In this document: piece after piece, positions 38,601 through 49,396 of the stretch | How the letters are laid out: the number at the start of each line of letters is the position of its first letter | Numbering within the stretch: the stretch's first letter is position 1 | From: a virus | IMG/VR virus record: IMGVR_UViG_3300014050_000012 | Location: 1 to 64,000 of that record | Direction: 5' to 3' (one strand) | Length of the DNA: 64,000 nt | The notes under the pieces: generated by a model | The model's database searches: none | What the model was told of the DNA's origin: nothing | Seen by the model: the letters and a program-made list of their open reading frames with translations, nothing else | Program-made: the position numbers and the translations under genes

Positions 38601-41600
38601 TGGTACTATTACTGGTACAGTATCTTTTGATATATATAAAACTAGTGGCGTTTCCTCTTCTGATCCTTTGTTACCCCCAGTTAAACTAACAGGATCTTAT
38701 GATTGGAATCCAATATTTTCTGGTACCCATTCTGTTTATGAAACTACATTATCATTTAATTTTAAAGCAACTTCTCTACAGCTATCTAATAAAAATTGGT
38801 CTGATTTAGATAATCAAAAGATTAGTTTGAGTATTGTTAAAAATAATAGTGCCAATTGGACCACTTATGGATTATCAAATAATATTACGGCATATATCCA
38901 TCCACACCTAGGCTTATTAGAATTTGATCTTAATGCTACTTTACCATTATCTGGACCCAATATTTATTTGTATACATCGGAGCCTGTTTATCCAGATTTT
39001 TATGGACAGCCCGTATATTTTTATCCAGGTTACTACATAAATGATACCACAGCATCTATAAATATAGAACCATACTCTTATATAAATTATATATATGATA
39101 ACTTTAAATATATAGATTCTAATACTTTGGGCTTTGAACAGAAACAACTATGTTACACAACCGGTACGGATATGATTCTTATCTCTTATCCTTCGATTCT
39201 AAAACATAGAACCAATCTGATAGCAGACGAAAATGAGCCTTTATTTCTACAAATTGGCGACAGTATTAAAATAAATAATACAAACGATACTATTACTAAT
39301 ATTTATATAGATAATAGTGGTCAAAAACATTATTCTGTATCTAATTCTTATAGCGCTAATACAGGATATGTTTATTTAACAAGTTCTATTTCTGGAGTAG
39401 GTTTTTCTAGTCAAAGATCTTTTAATAGCATAACAGGATCTTATACTTTTTCTAGATCATCTAATAGTGATTACTCTAGTACTCTAGAAGGCCAGACTTT
39501 TGCACCATTAATAAGTTTGCCTATTCCTGGATGTGTTATTAATGAACCACCATTTTATAGTCCAAACTGTTTATATTCTGTACCAACAGGATATAATTTT
39601 ACTTTTACATTTAATAGTGGATTATATCCAAATGGTCAAGATTATTTATCTAGTAATGTATGGTCTTCTTTTAGTTCAAATGCTCTAATAGTATCTTCTT
39701 CGATAATTCTTTCTTCTGGGCAAAATTATGTAGATTTACCACCACTTTTAGTTCCAAATGGATTTTTAAACAGTACCGGAGTTAATGTTGCTAAATACTC
39801 ATCATCTATTTTTGATTTTAGACTAAATAATTTAAGAATGTCAGACTCCACATATAAGATTAGATATAGTGGGTATGATCCAAATAATAATACAGGAATA
39901 AATAGTACATTTAATGGCTTACCGGCAATATTAATTAGTGGAGACTATAATAGATTTTATTTTGATACTGCTAGTACCGGGAATGAAATTTTTGCATATA
40001 AATTTTTAACTATTTTAGATAGCAATAATCAACACTATATTTCCAATACCTTTAGATCTCAAATTAATAATACTAATCCAACTATAGACAATTATGGAAA
40101 TAAATTAATAAGATGTTCTGATTGGGGATTATTATCAGACTCAAGATGGACGGGTGAAGTAGAGTGTAATAACTTTAATCTTGACTTTAGTGTTTCGTTG
40201 CCTCTTGATCTTAATAATAACTTTATAGAAAATTTTACACAAAATACCAGTACAACAGGAACATTTATTATAGCCTCTGGAACTGGACTAATTTTACCAG
40301 CAGATACTGGCACTTGGACAGCTTATGGTTTATCTGGTATAAATAATATATATGGAGATATTGTTTTATATCTAAAATGTAGAGAAAATTATAATTATAC
40401 AAATTTTAGTGGCGTTTTATCAACAGGTCAATTAGCCCAGCAATCAATATATAATCGTGGATTTACAGTAACTGAAATTTATCCAGAAATAGACTGTAAT
40501 ATTTATTCTGCTAATGGTACAAATACTGGAATATTTTCTATCTCTCTAAGTAATAAGCAAAATTATCATACACTAACAGTAAATTATCCTGACACATATC
40601 TAGATTATTTTAGACTACTACAATCATCGAATACTATAGATATACATAATAATCTAAACTTATCTTTTGCGTTATTAAATGGATCAAATACCACTATAGT
40701 TTCTGGTATATTTTTACCAAATACACAATGCAATAAACATATCATAAACAAACCTTTTAGTAAAATTTATAATGTTAACTCGAATACTTTTAATATTGCT
40801 GTTGTTAGCGGCTATATACCATCTGGATTACCAAGTTCAGGACCAATTATATTAACTATTCCAAAAATTTATGATTTGGTTCCATCAGATCAGATGCCTA
40901 GCTATCACACAGAATCTAGGGGAGTATTTGACTTTTCTTCCAGCAATGCAATCTTATCTAATGGTATTTATACCATAGAAAAACTAGATGATTATAATAT
41001 ATATTTATATGATTTCCCCAGATCTTTCGTCACAGGAGCTGATAGCGGAGAAAGTACTATTAGATATAATAATATAGGATTTAATATTACAGATGATAAG
41101 TTTAGTTTGTGGGGTAAAAATTTTGCTGGCGACACTATATTACATCCGTGGAGAGATGTGCCAACATTTGTTTCGGATTCTCCTGGCATTTGCGAATCTG
41201 GGAAATTATGTATTAGATTTTCTGGTATTCCAAATTATTTTCAAGAAAAAGATAATTTTTGGGTAGATATTATTCCAGATATTTATCCTCAATCTACAGG
41301 ACTAGTATATGCTACGGGATATTATGTAACTGGATTAAGCGGAATTAATGATAGTACTGTTTATATAAGATGTACTGGAGCATCTTCTTTAGGCGTTGTA
41401 CTGGGCATGAATATTTATTCAACAAATAATTGGACACCAAATAACTCTTACATATCCAGCTTAGTTAGTGGACAAGTTATAAAACTTAATACAAATATTA
41501 CCAGCGCATCGCCCGGAATATATACTAATATACACTCTAATTCATTCGCATATCCGTATCTATTTGCTTTTAATAAAGAAACCTCCTCACAAAATGCTGA

Positions 41601-44600
41601 GACAGATATTCTAAGAGAAGCTTGGAGAACTTTCATTTCTGGAGCATATTCTATACATAGAGATGAGGTTGCGCCAACAGTTGTTAGTATTTTAACTAAA
41701 ATTCCACCATTTTACTATAATGCTAATCATCCATATTATTCTGCATGGAATAGTTCTCAGGCCACTAGAGGAGTAAATGTTTGGAAAAATACTGGGTCTA
41801 CTGGTATATCGATGATGATTACGGGTGTTGAAAATATTCAAACCGATAAAAATCCTAACTATGGCTATAGATTTGTAAATACATCGCCATCCATATCATT
41901 CCAACCATCTATCACAGGATACGGCACATCTGGCAACATAGCAAATACTGGAAATAATAGTAAATTTAGATTTGCTCTAGATGAACTTAATAAATATTTA
42001 TGTGTTACTAGTATAAGTGGCATACATAGACCAACACTATCTTCTGGGCTTTTGGGTGCAAATGTTAATTTCCTTTCTGCATCAGATTGGACTATGAATA
42101 GTTCAAAAACAGAAAATACTAATTTATTAGTAAAAGATATAGATAATTTTACACTATTAGGCATAGATACTATTTCATTAAATAATACCCATAACGTAAT
42201 TTACAATTCTGGAAATAATATTTTTATAGCATCAGGATTACCACAAAATAGTGGATTAAAATTTAGATTTGGTTTGTGTGGCGGAGCATCAATACCATCA
42301 TTACCACCGGAAATTCAAGTTTTTGGTATTAATTCAAACTTTAACTATACAACAAAACATGTTTATGGTCTACCAACCGGAGATCAAGGATTATCTTCAT
42401 ATAGCAATCTCATTACTCCTTATAGTAATGTTTGGTATATTGATTTATATGTTAATGAGCTTAATAATATTCCTTCTTTTTCTTATAGTTTTAAAGATAT
42501 ACTTTACAATAAAGTAACCGGTATTATTTATAACAATAACCAAGCTGCGAATCATTATTATATTAATAATTTTACCACAACAACATATTCTAATGGAACT
42601 TTACCGTGGGTAGCTTCGTTTGATTTAGAAAATGTCAGTAGTGGTACTAACATAGGCATTAGTGGTGGTAGTGGAAACAATGTATTAATTCTAAGTAGTG
42701 GATTGGTATATAATCCTTATATTAGTAAGTGGCAAGGCTATATTTTTGGAAGTGGTACAGGTATAAATACCACATACAGCAATTTACCGGTTGGTATTAC
42801 TGGCGCTATAAATCTAGTACATACTGGTAATTTATTAGTAACAGGAGTGAATGCTGCGTATTCTCCAAGAATTAGTAATCTTTTAGATACAATTAAATTT
42901 AGAAATACAGGATTAGATCCCATAGTGCTCTACTTTAATTACCAAAAAGCTATTGGAGAAATAGATAGTCCATCTATTCAATTAAGTAATTATCCATCTG
43001 GCGCCACTATTAGCACAAATAAAATATCAGATATTAATTTAAATGCTTTTGCTCAAGCAACGAACAAGGAATTATGGAAAATAACTATAGGTAATATTGG
43101 AGCCACAGGATATACTCTTAATGGAGTGGCTTCGTTGTCTCCATATATAGATAATTTTAGTAGTAAAATTATTTCTTATGATTTATTTGGTATAAGTAAT
43201 GTATTATCTCCTGATCCTATTAATTTAACTAATACTAATTGGTTAATACAGTTAAGCGTTGATGGTGGAGGAGGACCAAATTATCCACCAAATATACAAC
43301 TGTTCAACACCCCTTCTGTGTATCAAACCGGAACATTAGCTTATGACTATACTAATAGTCAATGGGATATATCTTTAATAGGTAAGATTGATGATTTACA
43401 AAGATATAATATCGCTACAGGATTATACAATATTCAAATATATGGCCGAGATACTACAGGATATGCAACCAGCAGTACTAGCTTCACTTATTTATGCAAT
43501 CCAGAAATTCTAAATTTGAGAAAATGGTATGCTGTTAAAGATAAATCATATTTAATAAATTATGAAGTAAATAATTGTTGTAGAAATGAATACAATGTAA
43601 ATTCTAATACTTTTATAACTGATCCAAATTTACCAACATCAGAAACTCTACTATATAAAAAATATAATCCACTAATTAATACTTATGAATTGAGATATTT
43701 AGGAGATGCACCAGTAGATAAATGGGGAGCTAGATTAGAAATTTCTAATATTGATACAGAATATGCTTATGATGCTGTTAATGCTAATACTTTTACCATA
43801 GATGTAAAGGGATTAGACTCTGATGTGATTAGTGTTGTTGGACTATTAAAACTTAAAGAACTAGAAACGATTAATTCTGATTATCCGCCAATAGATATTA
43901 TTAATGTTAATCCAGAAGAGGATAAAACAAAAGCATTAACACAAGGAGATAACTGGTCTTTAAGCTTTAATGTTGTTGGTGGTTTATCTAATATTAATTT
44001 TCCTCCTACAATATTATTAAGCGGCTTACCATCTGTATGTAGTGGATATTTTCCTGATATTGAACCTAATGGTCCGCCATGTTTATCATCATTCTCTTTT
44101 AATAATAGTACATTACGTTGGACATTTAATTTTGCTGGACAAAGCAATTGTACAACTGGATTATATAATATTAGCATTAAAGCTTTTGACTCCACAGGAG
44201 AAGACACAGCATATACCAATCTATTCTTTGAACCATTACCGATACCTGGACCATCAGTTGTTTCTAAACTAACATCAAATTCTTTATTTCCTAACTGTTT
44301 GCCATTTTCTGGAGATATTCATGTTATTTCTCCAAGAAGAGGTTCTCCATGCCCATATATAACTGGTATTAAAGGATGGGAATTAATAGGTTCATTACCA
44401 AACGGTCTAGCTTTAGTATCAAACGAACTAGCTGGACTAAGTGCTCCTCATTACGTTGGTACTGGTATAGTTTCGATTACAGGAACAGCAACACAATTTG
44501 CTCCAGATAATGTTTATCCTGCGTTTATAATTAGAGCAACAGGATTTAATGATAAAACAGCTCAAACTGTTATTACTCTTAATAGTGCTGGAATAGTTCC

Positions 44601-46794
44601 TATCGATGAATATCCTCTTGGCTTTACTTTATATTTTCCACATTCTGGATATATGCTACCAACCTATAAACCGAATCCCAATGACACTCCACGAATAAGA
44701 TCAGCGAATCAAAGTGTTTATAAACCATATCCTGGTACTGGAGCGATGATTTGTCGTAGTTCATTATCTGATAATAATTGTCCAATATATTATACTGGAA
44801 TATATACTTTGCCAACATTTTCTATTACAGGATACGAAATAGCATCAATAAATAATCAAACAAACTTTTATGTGACAGGATCATATGGTTATATACCAGG
44901 ATATCTAAGTGTATGGAAAAATAATACGCTGTTAACTAACAATACAGATTTTACTGCTACTGGAAGTCCATTAATAACTTTGTCTGTTTCTGTTAATCAA
45001 AATGATGAAATTAGATGGAGTGGATTAGCATCTACCGGAACTGGATTAATTATAGATTTTGGCACAGAATCCATTTCTAGTTCGAATGTATACAGTGTAT
45101 TTGATTTTAATTTAACTAATAATAAGAATAATATTTATCAATTAATTAATATTAGTAATGAAGAATTTTTTGATGAAAAAACGCAACAATTCTACTATAA
45201 GTATGGTGGAGAATTATCTAATGTTTGCGATTCTAATCTACTCTTTTCTGGATTATCTCCAATATCTGGACATATACAACTTATGCCATTTGGCGTAGAG
45301 TCTATGAATATGCCAAACAGTTTTAATCTTAAAGGCGTTCCTGCATCAACTATGAACTGTAAAACATGCTTATTGGGTAATGGTGAGTTCGACACGTCTG
45401 GACCTAATCCTATACTTATTGGTAAAATGAGACCATCTATGATGTTAAATATTACAGGAAATATATATCCATTACAAGAATACGATTCAACAAATACTTG
45501 TATATCCAATAATTATTATATGGGTGGCGGCGTACAAAATCTGACCCTAATAAGCGGCGTATCTATAAGCTTACTACCAGGATTTTCTAGTGGAGAAATA
45601 GAGGAAATTTGCTATAAAAATTGTTATGAAAGTGGTGTTTCGTATCTTAGTGGCATAGTGGTACCAACTCCAGTAATAGAAATTACTGACCCGATACCTT
45701 ATGTTCGTAATTCACAAAATGTAGCATATGCCCTAAGATGTTCTTTTGGCGACACTAGTGTAAAAAGAGATAATATACAAAACTATAGAGGGGTAGATAT
45801 CAAATATTATATTAAACATTTAAATAGTGGATTATACTGGAATAATTCAGAAAATAAATTTGTATCTACAAAAACATTTTTTACACAATCTACAACAACG
45901 AATCTATCATTACCACAATCCATACCTTACTCAGCGCCAATTTTAACTAGTGGAGCGACATATGAACTATTTATGGAAAGAGCATCAGATGAATTTCCAA
46001 CTGTAAATATTAATTCTTATCCGTATATGAGTAATGCTATTTATTGGATACATCAGGCAAATGACGGAAATTCCTATCCTGCAACATCATCAACATATCC
46101 TGGATTTATGCCTATTCGATATAATAGTGGTATATTTATTGAGACCGGAGTTCCATTTAGAATACCTGCTCAAATTATAGGTGGTAGTGGATCGTATCAA
46201 CCAACAATAACCGGTTATTTAAGTCTTATTGATAGTAATACGGAAGTCTTGGATATTAATGGATTATCTCATAATCTAGCTGTTAGTACTAGTGGATCTA
46301 TTGTTAATGATGGATTATGGAATATTCAAATTACTGGTAATATTACTGGATTATTAAATTCTTATTTATCAAATTATGACTTACATATAGATATTACAGA
46401 AAATATTTTAGCTCCATTTGGTAAAACTACTAATAATATTATTCCAGTAACCATGCTTAGTCCTTTGTCATTTGCTATAACTAGCGATGGAGGATCCACC
46501 GTTTCTGCGACAATCGGATCAGTATGGAGCATATCTTTTACTGTTACAGGTGGAAATAGGCCACCAAGATATCATACTAATACTACTCAATGGGCAATTG
46601 ATAATGAGCCTATAGTAGAAATTGATGGCGAAATTTGTAATCATATATTTACTAAGTCTTATAATATGTCTAATAATACTTGGTCATATACTGTAACTTC
46701 TGCAAATATAGTTTTGGGCAATGAAATCCATACGATAAAATATATTGATAAAATGGGATATAGTATTTCTCAAGTTATTAACATACAAGTGTAA
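35668..46794 (+). CDS. giant (3708 aa) fibre/adhesin-like virion protein
   Basis: collagen-like GDKGDKGDKG, two DLLDGQH motifs, KV.VNSKGR fibre repeats, repeated Ig-like W.L.F.V.GG....PP.I units. Confidence 0.7.
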   Translation: MTIVNILEDSNNPNKYLIISSQDGTSESIVTTNVFVTSTSNNRLDLIEITKIPGDKGDKGDKGDIGPPGQDGLVFTVLPVSSGGTSNTSFITDKVIYYDGTQLVSSDLDINSIQTDIISNINAGNGLSKVQNGDEVTLNTNLGNGLTIVGDNQIGVDTNVVITKSTFDLSNTSFYQGILPIAYGGTNNTFFGLNSLIYYDGSKLATYPIPTGGIVHSGQQINIIAGSGLVGGGDITLPNGSVVIKLQNSDDITVFDDRIELSEIITTGTFTKVNVNSKGRVIGGSNITLNDVVTALGGMPWTSSTDGSGSGMDADLLDGQHGSFYRDAANISGTISTGVLPNIVSPATASKVQFNAKGLIIGTDFLTDTEITDALGYVPFDESGGTIFSNVEILGNLIADSATFDNNTITIGSPTNTNDIRGIRFRYNDVPAKHAVLAYYPAEGLFRISAESPGTSGIILTQEKADSKYVAVTGEQQISGIKTFLDNLNVYSRIIIRNPYPELSPLDIGSNSTLVQFLNADLLDGQHISYYRNAVNLTGILNTGVIIPHIQNRATVTYSNINNPDDGFVEYFPVFHRPSSGHPMVLRSSNVYHTGYNIHMKDSSLSVGFNILDDNISNSLVVGTNNSGSALATNSLAVGSQNIISGENSIALNYRSSAGTSNSIALGRYGETWLDDQISIGGFKNFNVGQDNIPRKDSHGQLSYIPLKYHGEAGGYVNILSFTLPENKTLEYEASLLFTKQINTGVASFNISPGIVKNYGYRDPSRGYAAYKKATMVTHHNVTEVYNNSQERIYNLAVELDNSYDANFKANDLEVTAKPYQYNTLDIQSYGTPIVITPKSDHSSKLKVTRGSSDLEDTYRDNYVIKIEPYNRSPYNTGAPITLGRNINHITECLYYRPSGSTTGIIKFSNHGFSPSCPFEISQYIGTGNIKILARKDSVFDFGLPTIQKTGTTINSFYKENNSNNEIIYRTYIDKNIFGTITGTVSFDIYKTSGVSSSDPLLPPVKLTGSYDWNPIFSGTHSVYETTLSFNFKATSLQLSNKNWSDLDNQKISLSIVKNNSANWTTYGLSNNITAYIHPHLGLLEFDLNATLPLSGPNIYLYTSEPVYPDFYGQPVYFYPGYYINDTTASINIEPYSYINYIYDNFKYIDSNTLGFEQKQLCYTTGTDMILISYPSILKHRTNLIADENEPLFLQIGDSIKINNTNDTITNIYIDNSGQKHYSVSNSYSANTGYVYLTSSISGVGFSSQRSFNSITGSYTFSRSSNSDYSSTLEGQTFAPLISLPIPGCVINEPPFYSPNCLYSVPTGYNFTFTFNSGLYPNGQDYLSSNVWSSFSSNALIVSSSIILSSGQNYVDLPPLLVPNGFLNSTGVNVAKYSSSIFDFRLNNLRMSDSTYKIRYSGYDPNNNTGINSTFNGLPAILISGDYNRFYFDTASTGNEIFAYKFLTILDSNNQHYISNTFRSQINNTNPTIDNYGNKLIRCSDWGLLSDSRWTGEVECNNFNLDFSVSLPLDLNNNFIENFTQNTSTTGTFIIASGTGLILPADTGTWTAYGLSGINNIYGDIVLYLKCRENYNYTNFSGVLSTGQLAQQSIYNRGFTVTEIYPEIDCNIYSANGTNTGIFSISLSNKQNYHTLTVNYPDTYLDYFRLLQSSNTIDIHNNLNLSFALLNGSNTTIVSGIFLPNTQCNKHIINKPFSKIYNVNSNTFNIAVVSGYIPSGLPSSGPIILTIPKIYDLVPSDQMPSYHTESRGVFDFSSSNAILSNGIYTIEKLDDYNIYLYDFPRSFVTGADSGESTIRYNNIGFNITDDKFSLWGKNFAGDTILHPWRDVPTFVSDSPGICESGKLCIRFSGIPNYFQEKDNFWVDIIPDIYPQSTGLVYATGYYVTGLSGINDSTVYIRCTGASSLGVVLGMNIYSTNNWTPNNSYISSLVSGQVIKLNTNITSASPGIYTNIHSNSFAYPYLFAFNKETSSQNAETDILREAWRTFISGAYSIHRDEVAPTVVSILTKIPPFYYNANHPYYSAWNSSQATRGVNVWKNTGSTGISMMITGVENIQTDKNPNYGYRFVNTSPSISFQPSITGYGTSGNIANTGNNSKFRFALDELNKYLCVTSISGIHRPTLSSGLLGANVNFLSASDWTMNSSKTENTNLLVKDIDNFTLLGIDTISLNNTHNVIYNSGNNIFIASGLPQNSGLKFRFGLCGGASIPSLPPEIQVFGINSNFNYTTKHVYGLPTGDQGLSSYSNLITPYSNVWYIDLYVNELNNIPSFSYSFKDILYNKVTGIIYNNNQAANHYYINNFTTTTYSNGTLPWVASFDLENVSSGTNIGISGGSGNNVLILSSGLVYNPYISKWQGYIFGSGTGINTTYSNLPVGITGAINLVHTGNLLVTGVNAAYSPRISNLLDTIKFRNTGLDPIVLYFNYQKAIGEIDSPSIQLSNYPSGATISTNKISDINLNAFAQATNKELWKITIGNIGATGYTLNGVASLSPYIDNFSSKIISYDLFGISNVLSPDPINLTNTNWLIQLSVDGGGGPNYPPNIQLFNTPSVYQTGTLAYDYTNSQWDISLIGKIDDLQRYNIATGLYNIQIYGRDTTGYATSSTSFTYLCNPEILNLRKWYAVKDKSYLINYEVNNCCRNEYNVNSNTFITDPNLPTSETLLYKKYNPLINTYELRYLGDAPVDKWGARLEISNIDTEYAYDAVNANTFTIDVKGLDSDVISVVGLLKLKELETINSDYPPIDIINVNPEEDKTKALTQGDNWSLSFNVVGGLSNINFPPTILLSGLPSVCSGYFPDIEPNGPPCLSSFSFNNSTLRWTFNFAGQSNCTTGLYNISIKAFDSTGEDTAYTNLFFEPLPIPGPSVVSKLTSNSLFPNCLPFSGDIHVISPRRGSPCPYITGIKGWELIGSLPNGLALVSNELAGLSAPHYVGTGIVSITGTATQFAPDNVYPAFIIRATGFNDKTAQTVITLNSAGIVPIDEYPLGFTLYFPHSGYMLPTYKPNPNDTPRIRSANQSVYKPYPGTGAMICRSSLSDNNCPIYYTGIYTLPTFSITGYEIASINNQTNFYVTGSYGYIPGYLSVWKNNTLLTNNTDFTATGSPLITLSVSVNQNDEIRWSGLASTGTGLIIDFGTESISSSNVYSVFDFNLTNNKNNIYQLINISNEEFFDEKTQQFYYKYGGELSNVCDSNLLFSGLSPISGHIQLMPFGVESMNMPNSFNLKGVPASTMNCKTCLLGNGEFDTSGPNPILIGKMRPSMMLNITGNIYPLQEYDSTNTCISNNYYMGGGVQNLTLISGVSISLLPGFSSGEIEEICYKNCYESGVSYLSGIVVPTPVIEITDPIPYVRNSQNVAYALRCSFGDTSVKRDNIQNYRGVDIKYYIKHLNSGLYWNNSENKFVSTKTFFTQSTTTNLSLPQSIPYSAPILTSGATYELFMERASDEFPTVNINSYPYMSNAIYWIHQANDGNSYPATSSTYPGFMPIRYNSGIFIETGVPFRIPAQIIGGSGSYQPTITGYLSLIDSNTEVLDINGLSHNLAVSTSGSIVNDGLWNIQITGNITGLLNSYLSNYDLHIDITENILAPFGKTTNNIIPVTMLSPLSFAITSDGGSTVSATIGSVWSISFTVTGGNRPPRYHTNTTQWAIDNEPIVEIDGEICNHIFTKSYNMSNNTWSYTVTSANIVLGNEIHTIKYIDKMGYSISQVINIQV

Positions 46795-46796
46795 TT

Positions 46797-47459
46797 ATGG
46801 CTACAATTTTACCAACAGCACAACCCAATCATATTGTTAGCGTATTATCCTATAATCCTGTCGATACGGGAGTATTAATGGGAGTAGATCTTACTATAAG
46901 AGACTTATTGGGTAGTCAAGTATCTATTATAGAAACCACAAGAGGCTTGCAAGGATATACGGGACCAAGAGGTAGCGGATTTAGATATTTTACAGATAGC
47001 GATAATCCATTATCCTTTATTGAAGCAAGTGGAACATCTGATACTTTATTTATTAATTCTTCTGGTAATACTCAGATATTTTTTGATAATACTACAAAAA
47101 CACTTACAATAGGATCAACCCCGCTAGATACTGGTAATATCCCATTTTCCATAGATGTTGGCGGAACGAATAATACAACTTATGATACCAATTATTTAAT
47201 TTATTATGATGGCAACAAATTAACCAGCTCAACAGTAGACGAAACGATGATATCGAATTTTATGTCTACTGGAACAAGTTTGAAAATTGGTGACGGTACG
47301 AATGTTGTTATTTCTTACAATATGAAAGATAAGCTTAATATTGTCAGCTCAAGTGGTATTGAAATTATATATGATGATATTACTAATACTATTTCTATAG
47401 GCTCTAGCGGAACCAAAAAAACAATGTCTCCGTTAGTTTCTTCATTAATTTTCGGATAG
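46797..47459 (+). CDS. virion/fibre-associated protein
   Basis: GGTNNT....LIYYDG.KL motif shared with the 3708-aa protein. Confidence 0.55.
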   Translation: MATILPTAQPNHIVSVLSYNPVDTGVLMGVDLTIRDLLGSQVSIIETTRGLQGYTGPRGSGFRYFTDSDNPLSFIEASGTSDTLFINSSGNTQIFFDNTTKTLTIGSTPLDTGNIPFSIDVGGTNNTTYDTNYLIYYDGNKLTSSTVDETMISNFMSTGTSLKIGDGTNVVISYNMKDKLNIVSSSGIEIIYDDITNTISIGSSGTKKTMSPLVSSLIFG

Positions 47460-47468
47460 GAGATACTT

Positions 47469-47828
47469 ATGGCAGATCCAAATATTGTTGATACTACAAT
47501 TGTTAAAGGTAAAACCGCTGTAATAGCTAATATAGCAACAACAGGTACCACATTATTAACTAATACCACAAGTAATTCTGTATATAAAATTGGAACATTA
47601 ATTATTAGTAATATTGATGGCGTTGCTCCATATGATGTGAGCGTGAGTTTTGTGCGTAGTACTACTCCTTATAAACTTATTAGTACCGTATCTATTCCTC
47701 AAGATTCTAGTTTAGTAGTTATAAGTCGAGACACTAGTATATATTTACAAGAAAATGATACGCTACAAGCAACAGCAAGTTCTGGAAATGTACTACAAGC
47801 TATTTGTAGTTATGAGGAAATTTTATGA
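47469..47828 (+). CDS. small beta-sandwich virion protein
   Basis: MA.PNIV...IISNIDG...IYLQEND....ICSYEEI pattern common in aquatic phage structural modules. Confidence 0.6.
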   Translation: MADPNIVDTTIVKGKTAVIANIATTGTTLLTNTTSNSVYKIGTLIISNIDGVAPYDVSVSFVRSTTPYKLISTVSIPQDSSLVVISRDTSIYLQENDTLQATASSGNVLQAICSYEEIL

Positions 47829-48847
47829 GATATACTAATGGTGGCTATATTGGCACCGGAATACTCCCACTATCATCTGGAGAATTTGATGGTATTTGGA
47901 GATATTATACTGATGTTACGAGAAATATTCGTAATAATAAATGGTGTGTAAGTACTGTTCCAGCCAATGCTAGAGTATCACCGTCTAGTGTTGTTGAAAC
48001 TACCGGAACTTTAATCACTTTAAATTGTTTGTATGATGATGATCCTTATGGTTTTATAGAATCTTTTCAGTGGCAAATATCTTCTAATAATATTACTTGG
48101 TCTAATATTTCTGGCGCTATTTCTGGTTCTTATATTTTTACTATGACATCTGGTAACAATAACACATATTATAGATGTAAAATAGATAGAGCTTTTAAAA
48201 ATGTTTTTAGCGTTTCGTCTTCAATATCTGTTGGTTTGAATACTATCACAATTAGTGATCATCCAGATGATACGACTGTATATGCCGGAGAACAAACTAC
48301 ATTTTATGTAATAGCAAGCGTAGATGGTGGAGCAACTATTAATTATCAGTGGCAAGTATCAACTAATGGTGGATCATCATGGTCTAATGCTCCGGGATCT
48401 TCTACTTCAGCATCATACAGCGTCACTCCTCCGTATAGTAGTAATGGATACTTATATCGATGTTATTTAACCGCTGCTGGCGCCACACCAGCAACATCAA
48501 ATTCTGCAACATTAACAGTAAACGATAATTCTATTTATATTTATTATCAGCCAAGTCCAGGATATTGCTTATATTCTAGTCCTGTATTTTTCTATATTAG
48601 TGCATATATTTACTATGGATCTCCACTATCTTATCAGTGGTATAAATCGTCTTCACAAGGTGGTCCATTTACGGCCATTACGAACGATTCTGGGTTTAGT
48701 GGTGGGGATACTAGTTCTCTAACTATAGATTGTACTCAACAAACCAGTAATCTATATATTAAGTGTAAGGTGTATTGGAGTATAATAGAACAATATAGCG
48801 ATACTGTTCTTTACGACGCTACCGTATACACGCCTCCGCCGCCATAA
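47825..48847 (+). CDS. Ig-like domain virion protein (three YQW/FQW...C units)
   Basis: FQWQIS...YYRC; YQWQVST.GG..W...YLYRC; YQWYKS...YIKC. Confidence 0.75.
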   Translation: MRYTNGGYIGTGILPLSSGEFDGIWRYYTDVTRNIRNNKWCVSTVPANARVSPSSVVETTGTLITLNCLYDDDPYGFIESFQWQISSNNITWSNISGAISGSYIFTMTSGNNNTYYRCKIDRAFKNVFSVSSSISVGLNTITISDHPDDTTVYAGEQTTFYVIASVDGGATINYQWQVSTNGGSSWSNAPGSSTSASYSVTPPYSSNGYLYRCYLTAAGATPATSNSATLTVNDNSIYIYYQPSPGYCLYSSPVFFYISAYIYYGSPLSYQWYKSSSQGGPFTAITNDSGFSGGDTSSLTIDCTQQTSNLYIKCKVYWSIIEQYSDTVLYDATVYTPPPP

Positions 48848-48862
48848 ACTAGCGAGAATACC

Positions 48863-49396
48863 ATGAATATATTTGATAGTGTGTTAACGCCACAATATAA
48901 ACAAGTTTATAAAGATGCTATTGATAGTTTAATATCATCTAACGGTTTGGGTACTCAGTGTAAATTATCATATAACAGTAATATAACATCAGCTACAGAT
49001 TGTAATAATTGTTTAATAGATCCTATATATAAAAAATCTATGGGCAAATATAATGGTTCTGGACCAAGAAGTTTTCCAGAAGGAGCCGTTTGTCCAGTGT
49101 GTAATGGGGCTGGATTTTTGGTTGTAAATAATAGTGAAACCATATATATGGCCGTACTAGTATCTGAAAAAAACTGGATAAATATAGGTCTTGATCCTGT
49201 TAAAATACCCCAAGGATCTTTACAAACTATTAGCAAGGCTGATACATTTAATAAAATTATGAATAGTTATTCTATGGCCATATCTGATCAAAATGGTACA
49301 AATAATAATTTATTATATGAAAGAGATAGTGATCCAACATATGTTGGTTTTGGTAATAATGATTATATCATTACAATGTGGAAAAGAATAATATGA
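48863..49396 (+). CDS. probable head closure protein with Zn-finger insert
   Basis: CNNC and CPVCNGAG; position before neck/tail-tube genes. Confidence 0.45.
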   Translation: MNIFDSVLTPQYKQVYKDAIDSLISSNGLGTQCKLSYNSNITSATDCNNCLIDPIYKKSMGKYNGSGPRSFPEGAVCPVCNGAGFLVVNNSETIYMAVLVSEKNWINIGLDPVKIPQGSLQTISKADTFNKIMNSYSMAISDQNGTNNNLLYERDSDPTYVGFGNNDYIITMWKRII

